From the human T2T-CHM13v2.0 reference genome, Homo sapiens: DNA of 64,000 nucleotides. A model generated the notes under the pieces. It searched no databases, was not told the origin of the DNA, and saw only the letters and a program-made list of their open reading frames with translations. Position numbers and translations under genes: made by a program. Location of the stretch: the NCBI RefSeq assembly GCF_009914755.1, contig NC_060941.1; one strand, given 5' to 3'. Each line of letters begins with the position of its first letter. Position 1 is the stretch's first letter. Below, piece after piece: positions 1 through 19,420 of this stretch.

Positions 1-189
1 CTAAAAATACAAAAATTAGCCAGGTGTGGTGGCAGATGTCTGTAATCCCAGCTACTCAGGAGGCTGAGGCAAGAGAACTGCTTGAACCTGGATGGTGGAG
101 GTTGCAATGAGCCAAGATCGCACCACTACACTCCAGCCTGGGCAACAAGAGCAAAACTCCATATCAAAAAAAAAAAAAAAAAAAAGATA

Positions 190-1905
<1,716 letters not shown>

Positions 1906-1943
1906 GAGAGAGAAAAAAGTTGATATTTTCTTCATAGATAGCT

Positions 1944-2500
1944 CCATGGTTCTCAAACATTTTGGTCTCAAAACCCCTTTAGACTCTTAACAATTACTGA
2001 GGGCCCCAAAAAGCTCTTGTTTATGTATTTTGTTTTTGTGTGCTTATGTTCAATATCCATTGACATTTACCGTGTTAGAAAGTAAAACAGAAATTTGTAA
2101 AAATATGCATTATTTCCTTTAAAATAGCATTAATAAACCATATGCTGTACATGTTATCATAAATAACAGTTGAAAAATAATTGTATTTTCCAAAACAAAA
2201 GAATTAGTGAGAAGAGTGACATTGTTTTGCATTTTTGCTGTCAAATGTCTGGCTGAGTAGAAGATAGCTGCATTCTCTTACCTGCTTCTACTTACATTCA
2301 ATGTGTTGAGATATGTTGTTTTGGTTCAAATATATGAAAAAAGTCTGTCTTCACACAGATACGTGGTTGAAAAAAGGAAGACTATCTTAATAGCCTTTTC
2401 AAATAATTGTGGATATTTTTCTTAGATTACATACCAAAACTGGACAAGTATAGTTTCTTAAAGGTTAATTGCAATGTGGAACCTGAAACCATAAACTTTT
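1944..2500. mobile_element. hAT-Charlie1 DNA transposon fragment
   Basis: Begins ...GGTTCTCAAACATTTTGGTCTCA...CCCCTTT; internal sequence follows the Charlie1 consensus as recalled. Confidence 0.75.
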
Positions 2501-2525
2501 CAATTGGTCTATCATGATCATGTAC

Positions 2526-3070
<545 letters not shown>

Positions 3071-3574
3071 TTCCCTCTTTCTAATCTGGAATTGAGAATA
3101 GCACTAGCATCCAGGCCCACCTCAAAGGGTCAGACTGAAGTTCAGATGGCCCAAGGATGCACTAGAAAGTTCTTTATGCAATGTAAATGAGAGTTGCCTA
3201 CTCTTGTCAGGCTCAAGTACCTTCACTCTACAGGCAACTGGCTACAGGCTTCTCACCCTGAGCGGTGGTCAGCTCAGCCAACTCACCCTCTCCACCCTCC
3301 TCCCTCCCTCCTTTTTCACAGGAAACTTAAGAGTCAGATCTCTTCCACTGCAAATGGAGATTCTTGATTTGGAGAGAATAAGATAAAGGACCTGACATCA
3401 ATCCTTACTCTTGAAAGCATGTTGTTACTTTCTAAATATTATTGAAATTAAAAAAAAAAAATCTTCCCCCCAAATCAGTATATTTGAATTGCTAACAAGC
3501 CTCTCTGCCTTGTTTTTATCTCAAAGAATAAAATGCTGAGCCCTGCGTGGGATGCTAGATGCTAGAGAACTCCC

Positions 3575-3577
<3 letters not shown>

Positions 3578-3617
<40 letters not shown>
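3578..3617. repeat. (CT)n microsatellite
   Basis: About 20 CT units. Confidence 0.97.
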
Positions 3618-3621
<4 letters not shown>

Positions 3622-3819
3622 CTGAACAAGGAGGGAAGGGGTAAAGAGTCCTTAGTGAGCGCCTTCTGCAGGGACAACCCTTCTGGACCCATCTGGATGG
3701 GAGCAGCCAGGAGAGGCAAGAAGCAGCTGTATTTGGTGGCACTGCCACAGCGTCTCCTCAGCCCCAGCAAGTGGCCTTTGGTCTAGAGTTGGTCCATCTG
3801 GCCCGCACAAGGCTCGAAT

Positions 3820-4250
3820 CCAGCCCTAGAGACGCTCCCCGCCTGCTCCAGGTGGCCGGCACCCTAGACGGGGCAGGAAGGGCAGGCGCCAAGCCTCAAG
3901 TCTCAAACACGGTGCGGGGCTGCGCGGCAAGGAGAAACCCAGGAGATGCTCGGGGTCGGGGCCCAGGGCAGGGAAAACCCTCAGCTCTGGTCAAAAGCCA
4001 AGTGAGCGAAGGAGGCGATGCAACGTCACCCTGGTGGCCAAGGCAGGCACCCAGGTCTCGAGGTTCCAGGAGAGGGACGCGCTGTGACCACCAGCCCCCT
4101 AGGCTCCTGTCTGCTCGATGAGCGTCCACTCGCCAGTTCCAGCCGCGAGCGCCCCCAGCACTCCCGGAGCTGGGCCGGGCGCCGCCTTCCCTCGGGCGGC
4201 CGGCAGGGGTCAGTGTTTGGCCGCAGGTGAACAGACAGCGGCCGGGGCTG
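3820..4250. promoter_or_regulatory. Small GC/CpG-rich island, putative regulatory element
   Basis: Locally high CpG density in non-repeat sequence. Confidence 0.5.
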
Positions 4251-4479
4251 AATCTGGTTCTTCTAGCTGGGTCTTGCCCCTGCCAATCTGTCTGGACTTG
4301 TCCCCTGGCCGTTAACTGGGTTCTAGCCTATCGAGACTCCTCATATTCTCCCCACCCCCGACCACTACCTCCATACTGTCCTTCCTAAGTCACCAGGCCT
4401 GCACCCTTCCAGAAGCATAGATCCCTGGATACATGGATAATTACTTCCTGGCCTTATACCAGACAGTGATGCGAGACTG

Positions 4480-4610
4480 GAAAGAGGACATGGCACGGAG
4501 TCAGAAGATTTGAGTTCAAGTTCCTGCTCTGCCAATTACCAGCTGTGTGATCTTGGGCAAGTCACTTTACCTCTCTGTGTTAAGTTTCTCATCTTCAAAA
4601 ATGAGCTAAT
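4480..4610 (+). mobile_element. MIR SINE fragment
   Basis: GAGTTCAAGTTCCTGCTCTGCCA...AGCTGTGTGATCTTGGGCAAGTCACTT..CCTCTCTG...GTTTCTCATCT core. Confidence 0.8.
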
Positions 4611-6110
4611 GGCAATAGGAATGGCTATGATGCCACATGCCAAGGACTTATATGCCATATACTGTGTGTGTTATCATCTCGAGGGTTTAATAGGAGGAGA
4701 CTATGGCCCAGAGAGATGAACAAGCAGCAGGAAGTAGCAGAGCCAGCCTCTGAACCCAGGTCTATCCATTTCTACCATGTTAACCTGCTTTGCAGGGCTG
4801 TAGTGAGAATTTAAATGTGGAATTTATATTATTCTCTTCTGGCAGTTTGGCCTGGATCCTGGTGGGTGAGCTTTCCCTCCTACTAACAGGGGAAGCAGGG
4901 AAAGGCATTTTCAATTATTAGAAACATCCTTAGTTAGTGGGGTATGAAATGAAAATAGCCCACTAGAATACAAGCTTCAGAAGGGAAGAGGTCTCACCTG
5001 TCTTGAGTCTGTTGCTCACATAATTCCTGATATATAGTAGATGCACAAGCAATATGAAGAAATGTAAACATGTGTACACCTCCTACCTTCATTATAAGAT
5101 GGATTCTAACACAGAGTCATTTTTCATACCAACCGTGCAATTACCAGGCAAGTGATGCTAATTACTAGTTCTCATGACCACTATTGAGTTTAATTCAAGA
5201 GTTTTATTGGATCCCCTGAAGCTCCTACAACCCTCTAAATCATGGGGATTCAATAACAGTCTTTTTATCAGTATGTTCACAAGATAAATTGAGTAAACCA
5301 GCTTAATGACTCATCTTCATGACTTATGACGTTAAGAATAAGATGGGGGGAAATGACAAATGTGATAAAAACTGATGGCTCTGAGAAAATGTCATGGGCA
5401 TGTGGTTCTGAATGCTCTCCCATGTGGCTCTAGGGGCCTCAGCAACCTTCAGTCCCGTGTCCACCCTCACTCCGCTTCAATAATCAATTTGTTCTTATCC
5501 AAAGCATTTTTGAGGACCTTGTTACTCTTCTTCTCTGTGTTAATCAGGCACACAGGCCTAAAATATCAAATCCTAGGCAGATGCATGAACCCACAGGACA
5601 GCAACATCGGGAGGGCAGAGTAGAGGCAGGCTTCAGTTCAAAGCAGGCATAGGCTTGGAGAGGGAAACTGGGAAATGAAAACAAGTTGTCTATATAGACT
5701 CTCTCCCTAGAAGTCCATTTAAAGAAAATAGAAGCTCAGTAAAATCAAAATCCATGGGCAGTGGTGCCATGCAAAGAGCAAAGACCTGAATCTGAGTCTT
5801 GGATCAGTGAGCGTCTTAGCTTTGCCTCCAAGCTCCAGTTTCCTCCACTCTAACTGGGGACGTATTCTCTCCTCTCTCCTGGTTTCCTCCAGTTTCTCTG
5901 AACATTCTTTTCATTTTGGTTGTGAGTTCTTCTGCTGCTCTCTCCTGCACCCTTGGTAGGTTCTATGCTGACTTTTATTTTTCTCCTCTTATATGCTCTT
6001 GTTGGAAAGTCTCATCCTTTTGTGAATCCAACTGCTGCCCACGTGGGGTGATTCCCAGGTTTATGTCACCAGTCCTGCCTTCTCTACTACTCTTTAAATT
6101 TGAAAACAAG

Positions 6111-7530
<1,420 letters not shown>

Positions 7531-7826
7531 AGACATGATCATTTTAAAAATTAATAAGGAAAAAAATAAAAAGAATGTAAACTTTGCCTAAAATTTTACC
7601 ACCGTGAGAGAACCATGTTATTTTGGTGATCATTCTTCTTTGCATTTTTTATTCCTATTTTTAAAAATTACATATCATACACGCAGTGAGTGGGTTTTTT
7701 CCACTCTCCAGCTTCATTGCAGGACATGCCTTGCCTTGCACCTTAAGGCTGTAAATACGGAGTTGCCTATAATCTCTTTGAGTACACCATGTTGTTTCTC
7801 ACCTCTCTGCCTGTGGTTATACACCC

Positions 7827-8810
7827 TGTATTAATTTCCTAGGGTTGAAGTAACAAAGTGCAGGACTTAAAAATAGCAGAAATTTATCCTCTTACAGTTC
7901 TGGAAGCTAGAAGTCTGAAATCAAGGGGTTGGCAGGACCATGACCCTTCCAGAACTTCCAGGGGGAGGATCCTTCCTTGCCTCTTTCAGTTCCTGGTAGG
8001 CCCAGGCTTTCCTTGACTTGTATAGCAAAACTCCAAACTCATGTGATCATCTTCATGTGGCCATCGTCTCTGAGTCTGTGTGTCTCTCTGTCTTCACATG
8101 GCATTATCCCTGTGTGTCTGTCTCTGTGTCTAAATTTTCTTCATCTTAAAAGGACGCCCAGCCAGGCATGATGACTCACATCTGTAATCCCAGCACTTTG
8201 GGAGGCTGAGGCAAGAGGATTGAGGCCAAGAGTTCAAGACCAGCCGGGGAAGCATAGTAAGTCCCTGTTCTCCACAAAAATACAAAAATTAGTCCCAACT
8301 ACTTGGGAGACAGGCAGAAGGATCACTTGAGCCCTGGAGATAGAGGCTGCAGTGAGCTATGATTGTACCACTGCACTCCAGCCTGGGTGGCAGAGCAAGA
8401 CTCTGTCTCAAAATAAAAAGAAAAAACAAAAAAGGACACCAGTTGTATTGGATTCTAGCCCACGCTACTCCAGTATGCTAAGGTTCCCTGCAGCCTCAAC
8501 ATCCTGGGCTCAAGCAATATTCTCACCTCAACTTCCCAAGTAGCTGAGACCACAGATGCATGTCACCATGCCCTGCTAATTTTGTTTATTTTTTGTGGAG
8601 ACGGGGTCGCACAATGTTGCTGAAGCTGGTCTCGAACTCCTGGACTCAAGCGATCTTCCTGTCTCAGCCTCCCAAAGTGCTGGGATTACAGGCATAAGCC
8701 ATCACATTTTCAACGACCCTATTTCTAAATAAGGTCACATTCTGAGGTACTGGGATTTAGGACTTCAACATGTCTTTTGCTGGAGGGGGACAAAATGTAA
8801 CCCATAATAT
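7827..8810. mobile_element. MLT1 (MaLR) LTR interrupted by Alus at 8161-8433(+) and 8487-8705(-)
   Basis: TGTATTAATTTCCTAGGG...GAAATTTAT..TCTTACAGTTCTGGAAGCTAGAAGTCTGAAATCAAGG...AAATAAGGTCACATTCTGAGGTACTGGG. Confidence 0.8.
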
Positions 8811-9639
8811 ACCCTTTTCCATTTTCTCACCTGACCAGCCTCTCTTGAACCTTCACAGTCCAGCCGAGCTGCCATCTCTTCAAGGAAGTTTTCCCTGAAG
8901 CCCTCAGGTAGACCCGTTTTTCCATGGCGGCCACATCAGCATGCAGCACATTTAATTGGAAGTCTCCACATATGAGTTGGTTTTCCTTACTTAAAATATG
9001 CTTATCATCCCTTGGAGGTAAGGACTGTATCTTTTCCATCTTTAATATGCCCAGCACTTGTCTCTTATATTAATTAGTTCAAGACTAAGTGGGCTGGAGG
9101 CTCAAAACTACAGTGGCTTGCCAGGCATGGTGGCTCACACCTGTAATCCCAGCACTTTGGGAGGCCAAGGCAGAAGGGTCACTTGAGCCCAGGAGTTCAA
9201 AATCAGCCTAGGCAATAGACTGAGACCATATCTTTACAAAAAAAATTACAGTGACTTAAGGAAGAATAGAAGTTCATTTCCCTCCCTCATAGCAGTCCTG
9301 AGTTGAATAGTGCAGTTTGGTAAGGATCTTGCCCCACATGGCCATCTGAAGACTCTAGTTCCTTCCAGATTGTTGCTTTGCAAATGTAAGGACTCTGTCC
9401 TCATCTGCTTGACAGAAGCTGGATAGCAGGCACATCGGTCTTCCAGGTTGGAGAAAGAGGGAAGAGACTGTGGGAAAATACGTGCCTGGTGCCTAAAAGT
9501 TCAGACCCAAAGCAGCCCTCATGACTTCTGCTCATATTCTCTTGCTGAGAGCTTAGCCACATGGCTACACTTAGTTGAAAGAAAGGCTAGAAATGTGTCA
9601 TCAATTGAACAGCAATGACTATATTACAACTCTATTATA

Positions 9640-10300
<661 letters not shown>

Positions 10301-10777
10301 TAGACCCACGCAAGAGGACCCCACATTTTGGAGGGCCTTACTTTGCCCTTCTTCTAGATAGCCCTTGCTGATTAGGTAGGCCTGTGAGGCAAAATGAAGG
10401 GCCTCTCACCACCTGAGCACCGCCCCCCCAACTCTAGATCATGTCCCAGGTACCTGGGCCACTGGAGTTTGCTGCCCAAGTGGTCCAAAGTCTGTGCAGA
10501 TCTCTTTAATTGGTCTACCCTCTGGATGGGTGGGGGGTGGGGGTTACCGCTGTCATATGCACTCTTAAGGCCAAGACATAACCAAAGAGCAGCTGTTTGC
10601 AGCAGGTATGGATAGAGGCTGGTTGTGCAAACTAAAATGTCCACACATGTGCCCGTGAGACCACTCAAGGTAAGGATAGAATTGAGTGTGCAAAGAGAAA
10701 GGGGATAGATATAGTTATCCAAAATTGTAAATTTGACCCTGGCTATATCTATCAACATAGGACAGAACACAGCTCTT

Positions 10778-12255
<1,478 letters not shown>

Positions 12256-12275
<20 letters not shown>

Positions 12276-12354
12276 TATATATATATACAGTCCCAACCTG
12301 TAGTCCCACCTCCTGGCGGAGGCTGAGCCCAGGAGTTCAAGGCTGCAGTGAGCC

Positions 12355-12397
<43 letters not shown>

Positions 12398-12760
12398 TAA
12401 TAATACATATATGTGTGTGTATTCACACATACATATGTACATATACACATTTATATATATACATTTATATTTAGATATATTATATAAATATTATAGATAT
12501 ATATACACACACGGCTCACTGTAGCCTTGAAATTCATATCTATATGAATTTATATATATATACACATTTATATATACACATTTATATATTATATGTTATA
12601 TATAAATACACATTTTTATATATATACACATTTATATATATATACACTCACATGGCTCACTGCAGCCTTGAAATTCATATATATATGAATTTATATATAT
12701 ACGCATTTATACATATGCACATTTATATATTATATATACACATTTATATATATACATATT

Positions 12761-12819
<59 letters not shown>

Positions 12820-12980
12820 CTCACTGCAGCCTTGAACTCCTGGGCTCAGCCTCCCCCAGGAGCTGGGACTACAGGCTGGGACTGTATATATATATATTTT
12901 TGAGACAGGGTCTCACACATACATATATACACATATGTATATATACACACACACACATATATACATACATATATATAGCT
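12256..12980. repeat. Complex (TG)n/(TA)n/(CA)n low-complexity region bounded by a 98-bp inverted duplication
   Basis: 12256-12353 is the reverse complement of 12819-12916 with 3 mismatches. Confidence 0.92.
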
Positions 12981-13577
12981 AGAACAAAAAAGGGGAATTG
13001 ATGAAAAGAAAATAGAACGCATTCAATCCAGATCTCCTCTCATGGAACAAGTTGTCATCGACTTCTCATCTCTGCTTCTTTTTTCTTCAGGTCTGATGCA
13101 TTTTTCTGTCTCTGCAGACCAGCTCCTCCCCCCTCCAAATCTCAATGGAAGAATGCGACATTCTGGATTCAGCTACCCAAAGAGGGGTTTTTTCCCCCTC
13201 TTTGTCTCTATTATACATTTTATAGGAAGGAATTCTGTCCCAGTTAATTCAAACTGGGACCAGAGGAACAGGGTCCCGCTGCTCAAAATGGCTGTCACCC
13301 GTGGGTAAGGGGAGCAGTCAGAGAGTCATTGTGACTGGGGTGGCAGTCCCACTCCAATCTGCCTTGTGGCTTCCTAGCCTGCAACATACATCCTCCCAGA
13401 CATACAAAATGTGCCTCTGCCTGAGTCTTCCTGGCAGGGAGTTTGGTACCCCCCAACATTGGGAGGGGAGCTTACAACACAGGACTATCTCTTCCCATAG
13501 ATAATCTCCTCACAAAGCTCCACTCAGGACCACTTATATTCTTGAGGTAAGGGAGGAGGTTCAAATGTCATGTAACA

Positions 13578-15610
13578 GTTTTTTGTTTGTTTGTTTGTTT
13601 TGAGGGAGGGTCTCGCTTTGTCACCCAACCTAGAGTGCAGTGGCGCGATCATGACTCACTGCAGCCTCAAATTCCTGAGTTCAGCCTCCCCAGTAGCTAG
13701 GACTACAGGTGCTTGCCACCACGCCCAGCTGATTTTTTTTTTTGGGAGAGACAAAGTCTCTCGATGTTGACTAGGCTGGTTTTGAACTCCTGGACTCAAG
13801 CAATCCTCCTGCCTTGGCCTCCCAAAGTGTTGGGATTACAGGCATAAGCCACTGTACCTGGCCCATATAACAGATTCTTAAGGTTATTTCTTTTGAAAGT
13901 TTGCATATAGTGACTTCACACATCACATTGTTTTACAACTAAGGTATATTAATGCTTAATGGAAATTTCCATTTTATTATTTATTTATTTTTATTGTATT
14001 TATTTATTTATTTTTGAGACAGAGTCTCGCTCTGTTGCCCAGGCTGGAGTGTAGTGGCGTGATCTTGACTCACTGAAACCTCCACCTCCCAGGTTCAAGC
14101 GATTCTCCTGCCTCAGCCTCCCAAGTAGCTGAGATTACCGGTGCCTGCCATCATGCCTGGCTAATTTTTATATTTTTAGTAGAGACAGGGTTTCACCATG
14201 TTGGACAGGCTGGTCTCGAACTCCTGACCTCAGATGATCCATCTGCCTCGGCCTCTCAAAGTGCTGAGATTACAGGCGTAAGCCCTCACACTCAGCCTAT
14301 TTATTTATTTTTTGAGACAAAGTCTTGCTCTGTCGCCCAGGCTGGAGTGCAATGGCATGATCTTGGCTCACTGCAAGCAATTTTCATGCCTCAGCCACCC
14401 GAGTAGCTGAGACTACAGGCATGCACCACCACACTTGGCTAATTTTTGTATTTTTTAGTAGAGACCAGGGTTTCACCATGTTGGCCAGGCTGGCCTCAAA
14501 CTCCTGACCTTAGGTGATCCACCGCCTCGGCCTCCCAATGTGCTGGGATTACAGGCATGAACCACCATACTTGGCTGGAAATTTCCATTTTAATATCTTG
14601 TTTACAGATAGCTTGAATAATGCTGGGTAGTGGGATGGTACACAGAATAGAATATATTCTTCTATATGTGCATATATTTGATTGCATATATAATACATAT
14701 TATTATATATTAGGCAGGGTTCTGAGTTGCAACTCTAAGCAGGTTAAAGGAATTAAGGATAGACTTTGTTTTCTGACATAACTGAAACGTTCAGGGAGCT
14801 TCAGGTGCTATTGAATTCAAGGGTTCGACAACCCCATTAGCTTGCCCTTAGTGGTTCTGTGTCCTTTCCTCTCTCCTTCTCACCCTCTTTCCCTCCCTTC
14901 ATTTCTCAGCTCTGCTTTCCTTTGGCTTCACATAACTCCAGGCTCATGTCATCCTTTTTGTCCCAATCTGAGATAAAAAGACCATCTTTCCTTTCAGGCA
15001 ATAGAATATGATTGGCTAGGCCTAGGTCACTTGTCAACCTCTATACCCTTACGTTTTTGGAGTGGGGTAGGAGTAGGAGAAATAAAGAATTCTACTTTAT
15101 GTGTTTGTGTATGTATCATTTCTATGAGAAAAAGTTTAGCAGGAAGCTTTAATGTTAAATAAATAATGGCATATTGACACCAAAAAATATATACATAGCA
15201 GTTAAAAGAGCAAGGTTTCTACATACTGCATAGAAAGGTATCCTCAGCATGTTATTAAAGACAATTTGCAGAACAGAAGGTATAATATCATATGATGTTT
15301 TAAGAAAATATTTTTTTGTTTGTTTGTTTGAATCAGGGTCTCACTCTGTCACCCAGGCTGAAGTGCAGTGGCTTGATCTCAGCTCACTAAGCCTCAAACC
15401 ACTGAGCTCAAGCAATCCTCCCACCTCAGCCTCCCAAGTAGCTGGGACCACAGCTCTGCACTACCATGCCTAGCTAATTTTTGTATTTCTTGTAGAGATG
15501 GGGTTTTGCCATGTTGCCTAGGCTGGTCTCAAACTCCTGGCCTCAAGCGATTCACCCACCTCGGCCTCCCAAAGTGCTGGGGTTGCAGGTGTGAACCACC
15601 ATGCCCAACC
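13578..15610 (-). mobile_element. Antisense Alus: 13578-13863, 13972-14297, 14298-14575, 15311-15610
   Basis: Alu consensus. Confidence 0.92.
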
Positions 15611-16075
15611 TAAGAAAAGATTTTAAGCATGGTTGCAAATTCAGAGAAAATGTCTGTACAGGTATACAATAAATTATTAATAATGATAGCCGCTGAGAAG
15701 TAAAAGGAGGCCTAGAGGAACAGGAGTTCCAGGTTACTTTAGTCTCCTGCACTATTTGGGCTTCTTTTTTATTTCTTAAACATTTTACTATGAAAAAACT
15801 TCAACATACAGAAAAGTTGAAAGTTTTACAGGAAACATCCGATATCCACCTCCTACATTGTTCCTTTGACAATTTGTAATACTTGCTTTGTCACATGTTT
15901 ATTCATCCCACCACTCAGCATGCGTGTCATTAACTGCTTCCCTGGTTTGTCTTTTAATTAAACTTTTCATTTTGAGATAATTGTAGGTTCACATGCAATT
16001 GTAAAAAGAAACCCCATGTACAGAGATCCAGTGTGCCCTATAGCCATTCTCCCAATGGTAACATGTTGCAAAACT

Positions 16076-16238
16076 CCAAGAAGACTGAGTTCTATATTGA
16101 TGTGATTGAAGTCCCTCCACAGGGTTCCTCTGGGGCCCTTCACAACTGTGTATCCCTTCAGAGTGATGTTAACATTTTCTGGAATGTCAACAGTCTGATT
16201 GCTGAGAATGGTCTTCATTCTCGCAGTAGACGTGGCTA
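16076..16238 (-). pseudogene. Second, 5'-only fragment of the RPL9 pseudogene
   Basis: 163 nt, ~96% identical to 17144-17309 (6 substitutions plus a 3-nt deletion). Confidence 0.93.
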
Positions 16239-16610
16239 ATAGCACAATATCACAACCAGGATACTGACACTGATAGGTCAAGATATAGAACAGTTTCATC
16301 ACCATAAGGATCTCTCATGTTTCCATTTTATAGCTGCCCGCATTTCCTCCATTTCCTTACTGCTCCTGCTCCCTGCTCTTTTGTTTGTTTGTCTTTCTTG
16401 CTTTTCTTTTCTTTCTTTCTTTTTTTTTTTTTTTGAGACAGGATATCATTCTGTCACCCAGGCTGGTGATCACGTGGTGCGATCATGGCTAAAGGCAGCC
16501 TTGACCTCCTGGGCTCAGGCGATCCTCCTGCCTCAGCCTCCTGTATAGCTGGGATCACAGGCTCATGCCGCCATGCCCACCTAATTTTTTGAAATTATTA
16601 TTATTATTAT

Positions 16611-17309
<699 letters not shown>

Positions 17310-17937
17310 AAAATTATTTTTAGAGTTGGGTCTCCCTATGTTGCCCAGGCTAACCTCAAACTCCTGGGCTCAAGCAGTCCTCACACCTTGGCTTCCCCAA
17401 GTGCTGGGATTACAGGTGTGAGCCACTGTGCCTGGCCTCCTGCTCCCCGCTTAACCCCTGGCAACTACTAATCTGTTCTCCATTTCTATAATTTTTTTTT
17501 CAAGAGTGTTATATATATAATGGAATCAAGCAGTATGTAACCTTTTGGGATTGACTTTCTTCACTCGGCATAATTCTCAGGAGATTCATCCAGTTTGTTG
17601 CATGGTTCAACAGTTCATTCTTTTTTATTGCTATATAGTATTCCATGGTACAGATGTACTACAGTTTGTTTAACCATTCAGCCATTGATGGACATTTGAG
17701 TTGTTTCCAGTTTTTGGCCATTACGAATAGATTTACTATAAACACTCAGGTATTCTTTTTTATGAACATAAATTTTTATTTCTCTGGAATAAATTCCCAA
17801 GAGCCCATATGGTAGTTCCATGTTTAGTTTTTTTAAGAAACTGCTGACTGGGCATGGTGGCTGACACCTATTATCCCAGCACTTTGGGATGCCAAAGTGG
17901 GCAGATCACTTGAGCCCAGGAGTTCAAGACCAGCCTA

Positions 17938-18147
<210 letters not shown>

Positions 18148-19222
18148 CTAAAGTGGCTGTATCATTTTACATTTCCACCATCAATGTGTGAGTGACTTAG
18201 TTTCTCCACATCCTCACCAACATTTGGTATTGTCACTTTTAAAAATGTTAGCATTCTGATAGGTGTGTAGCCATATCTCATTATGGTTTTATTTTGCATT
18301 TCCCTATTGACAATGACACTGAATCTCTTTCATGTGCTTATTTGCCATCTGTATTTCCACTTTTGTGAAATGTCTCTTCATGTCTTTTGCCCATTTTCTA
18401 ATTAGATTGTTTGTGTTTTTATTGTTGCATTTTTAGAGTTCTTTAATATTCTATTTACTAGTCTTTTGTTGGATAAATGGTTTGCAAATATTTTCTCCTC
18501 TCTAGCTCATCTTTTTGTCTTTTTACAGATTATTTCACAAAAGTTTTAAGTTTTGATAATGTCTAATTTATCGATTTTCCTTTTATGGATTGTACTTTGG
18601 TGTCAACTTTAAGAGCTGTTTGCTTAGTCCTAGACCTTGAAGATTTTCTTCTATTTTTTTTTCTGAAAGGTTTTTTTTTTTTTTTTTTTCTTTTTTTGAG
18701 ACAGGGTCTCGCTCTGTCACGCAGGCTGAAGTACAGTGGCACAATCACAGCTCTTGCAGCCTTGATCTCCCAGGCTCAAGCAATTCTCCTGCCTCAGCCT
18801 CTGAAGTAGCTGGGATTACAAACATGTGCCACCACAACTGGCCAATTTTTGTATTTGGGTTTTTTCTTTTTTTTTTTTTGTAGAGATGGAGTTTCCCAAA
18901 GTGCTGGGACTATAGGCATGAGCCACCACACCCAGCCTACATGTTTATCTTGTATCCTGTGACATTCCTGAATTCACTTATTTCTAGGGGGTTTGTTTGT
19001 TTGTTTTTGTAGACTCTTTGAGATTTTCTATATATATAATCACGTCATCTGCAAATAGGAAGAGTTTTGCCTCTTCATTGCCAATCTTTTATTTCCTTCT
19101 CTTATTGCACAGACTAGAGCTACCAGCACTATGTTGAATAAAATTGGTGCTTTATTCCCACTATTAGGGGCAAAGCATTCAGTCTTTTACCATTAAGTAT
19201 AATGTTAGTGGGTTTTTCATAG

Positions 19223-19420
<198 letters not shown>

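Noticed and set aside
4225-4270. AGACAG...ATCTGGTTC (and ATCTCGGTTCCAGCAC on - near 49340) as possible relic homeoboxes of lost HOXB10-12
   Set aside because: Matches are ~10 nt, need indels, lack flanking helix similarity, and one is on the wrong strand.
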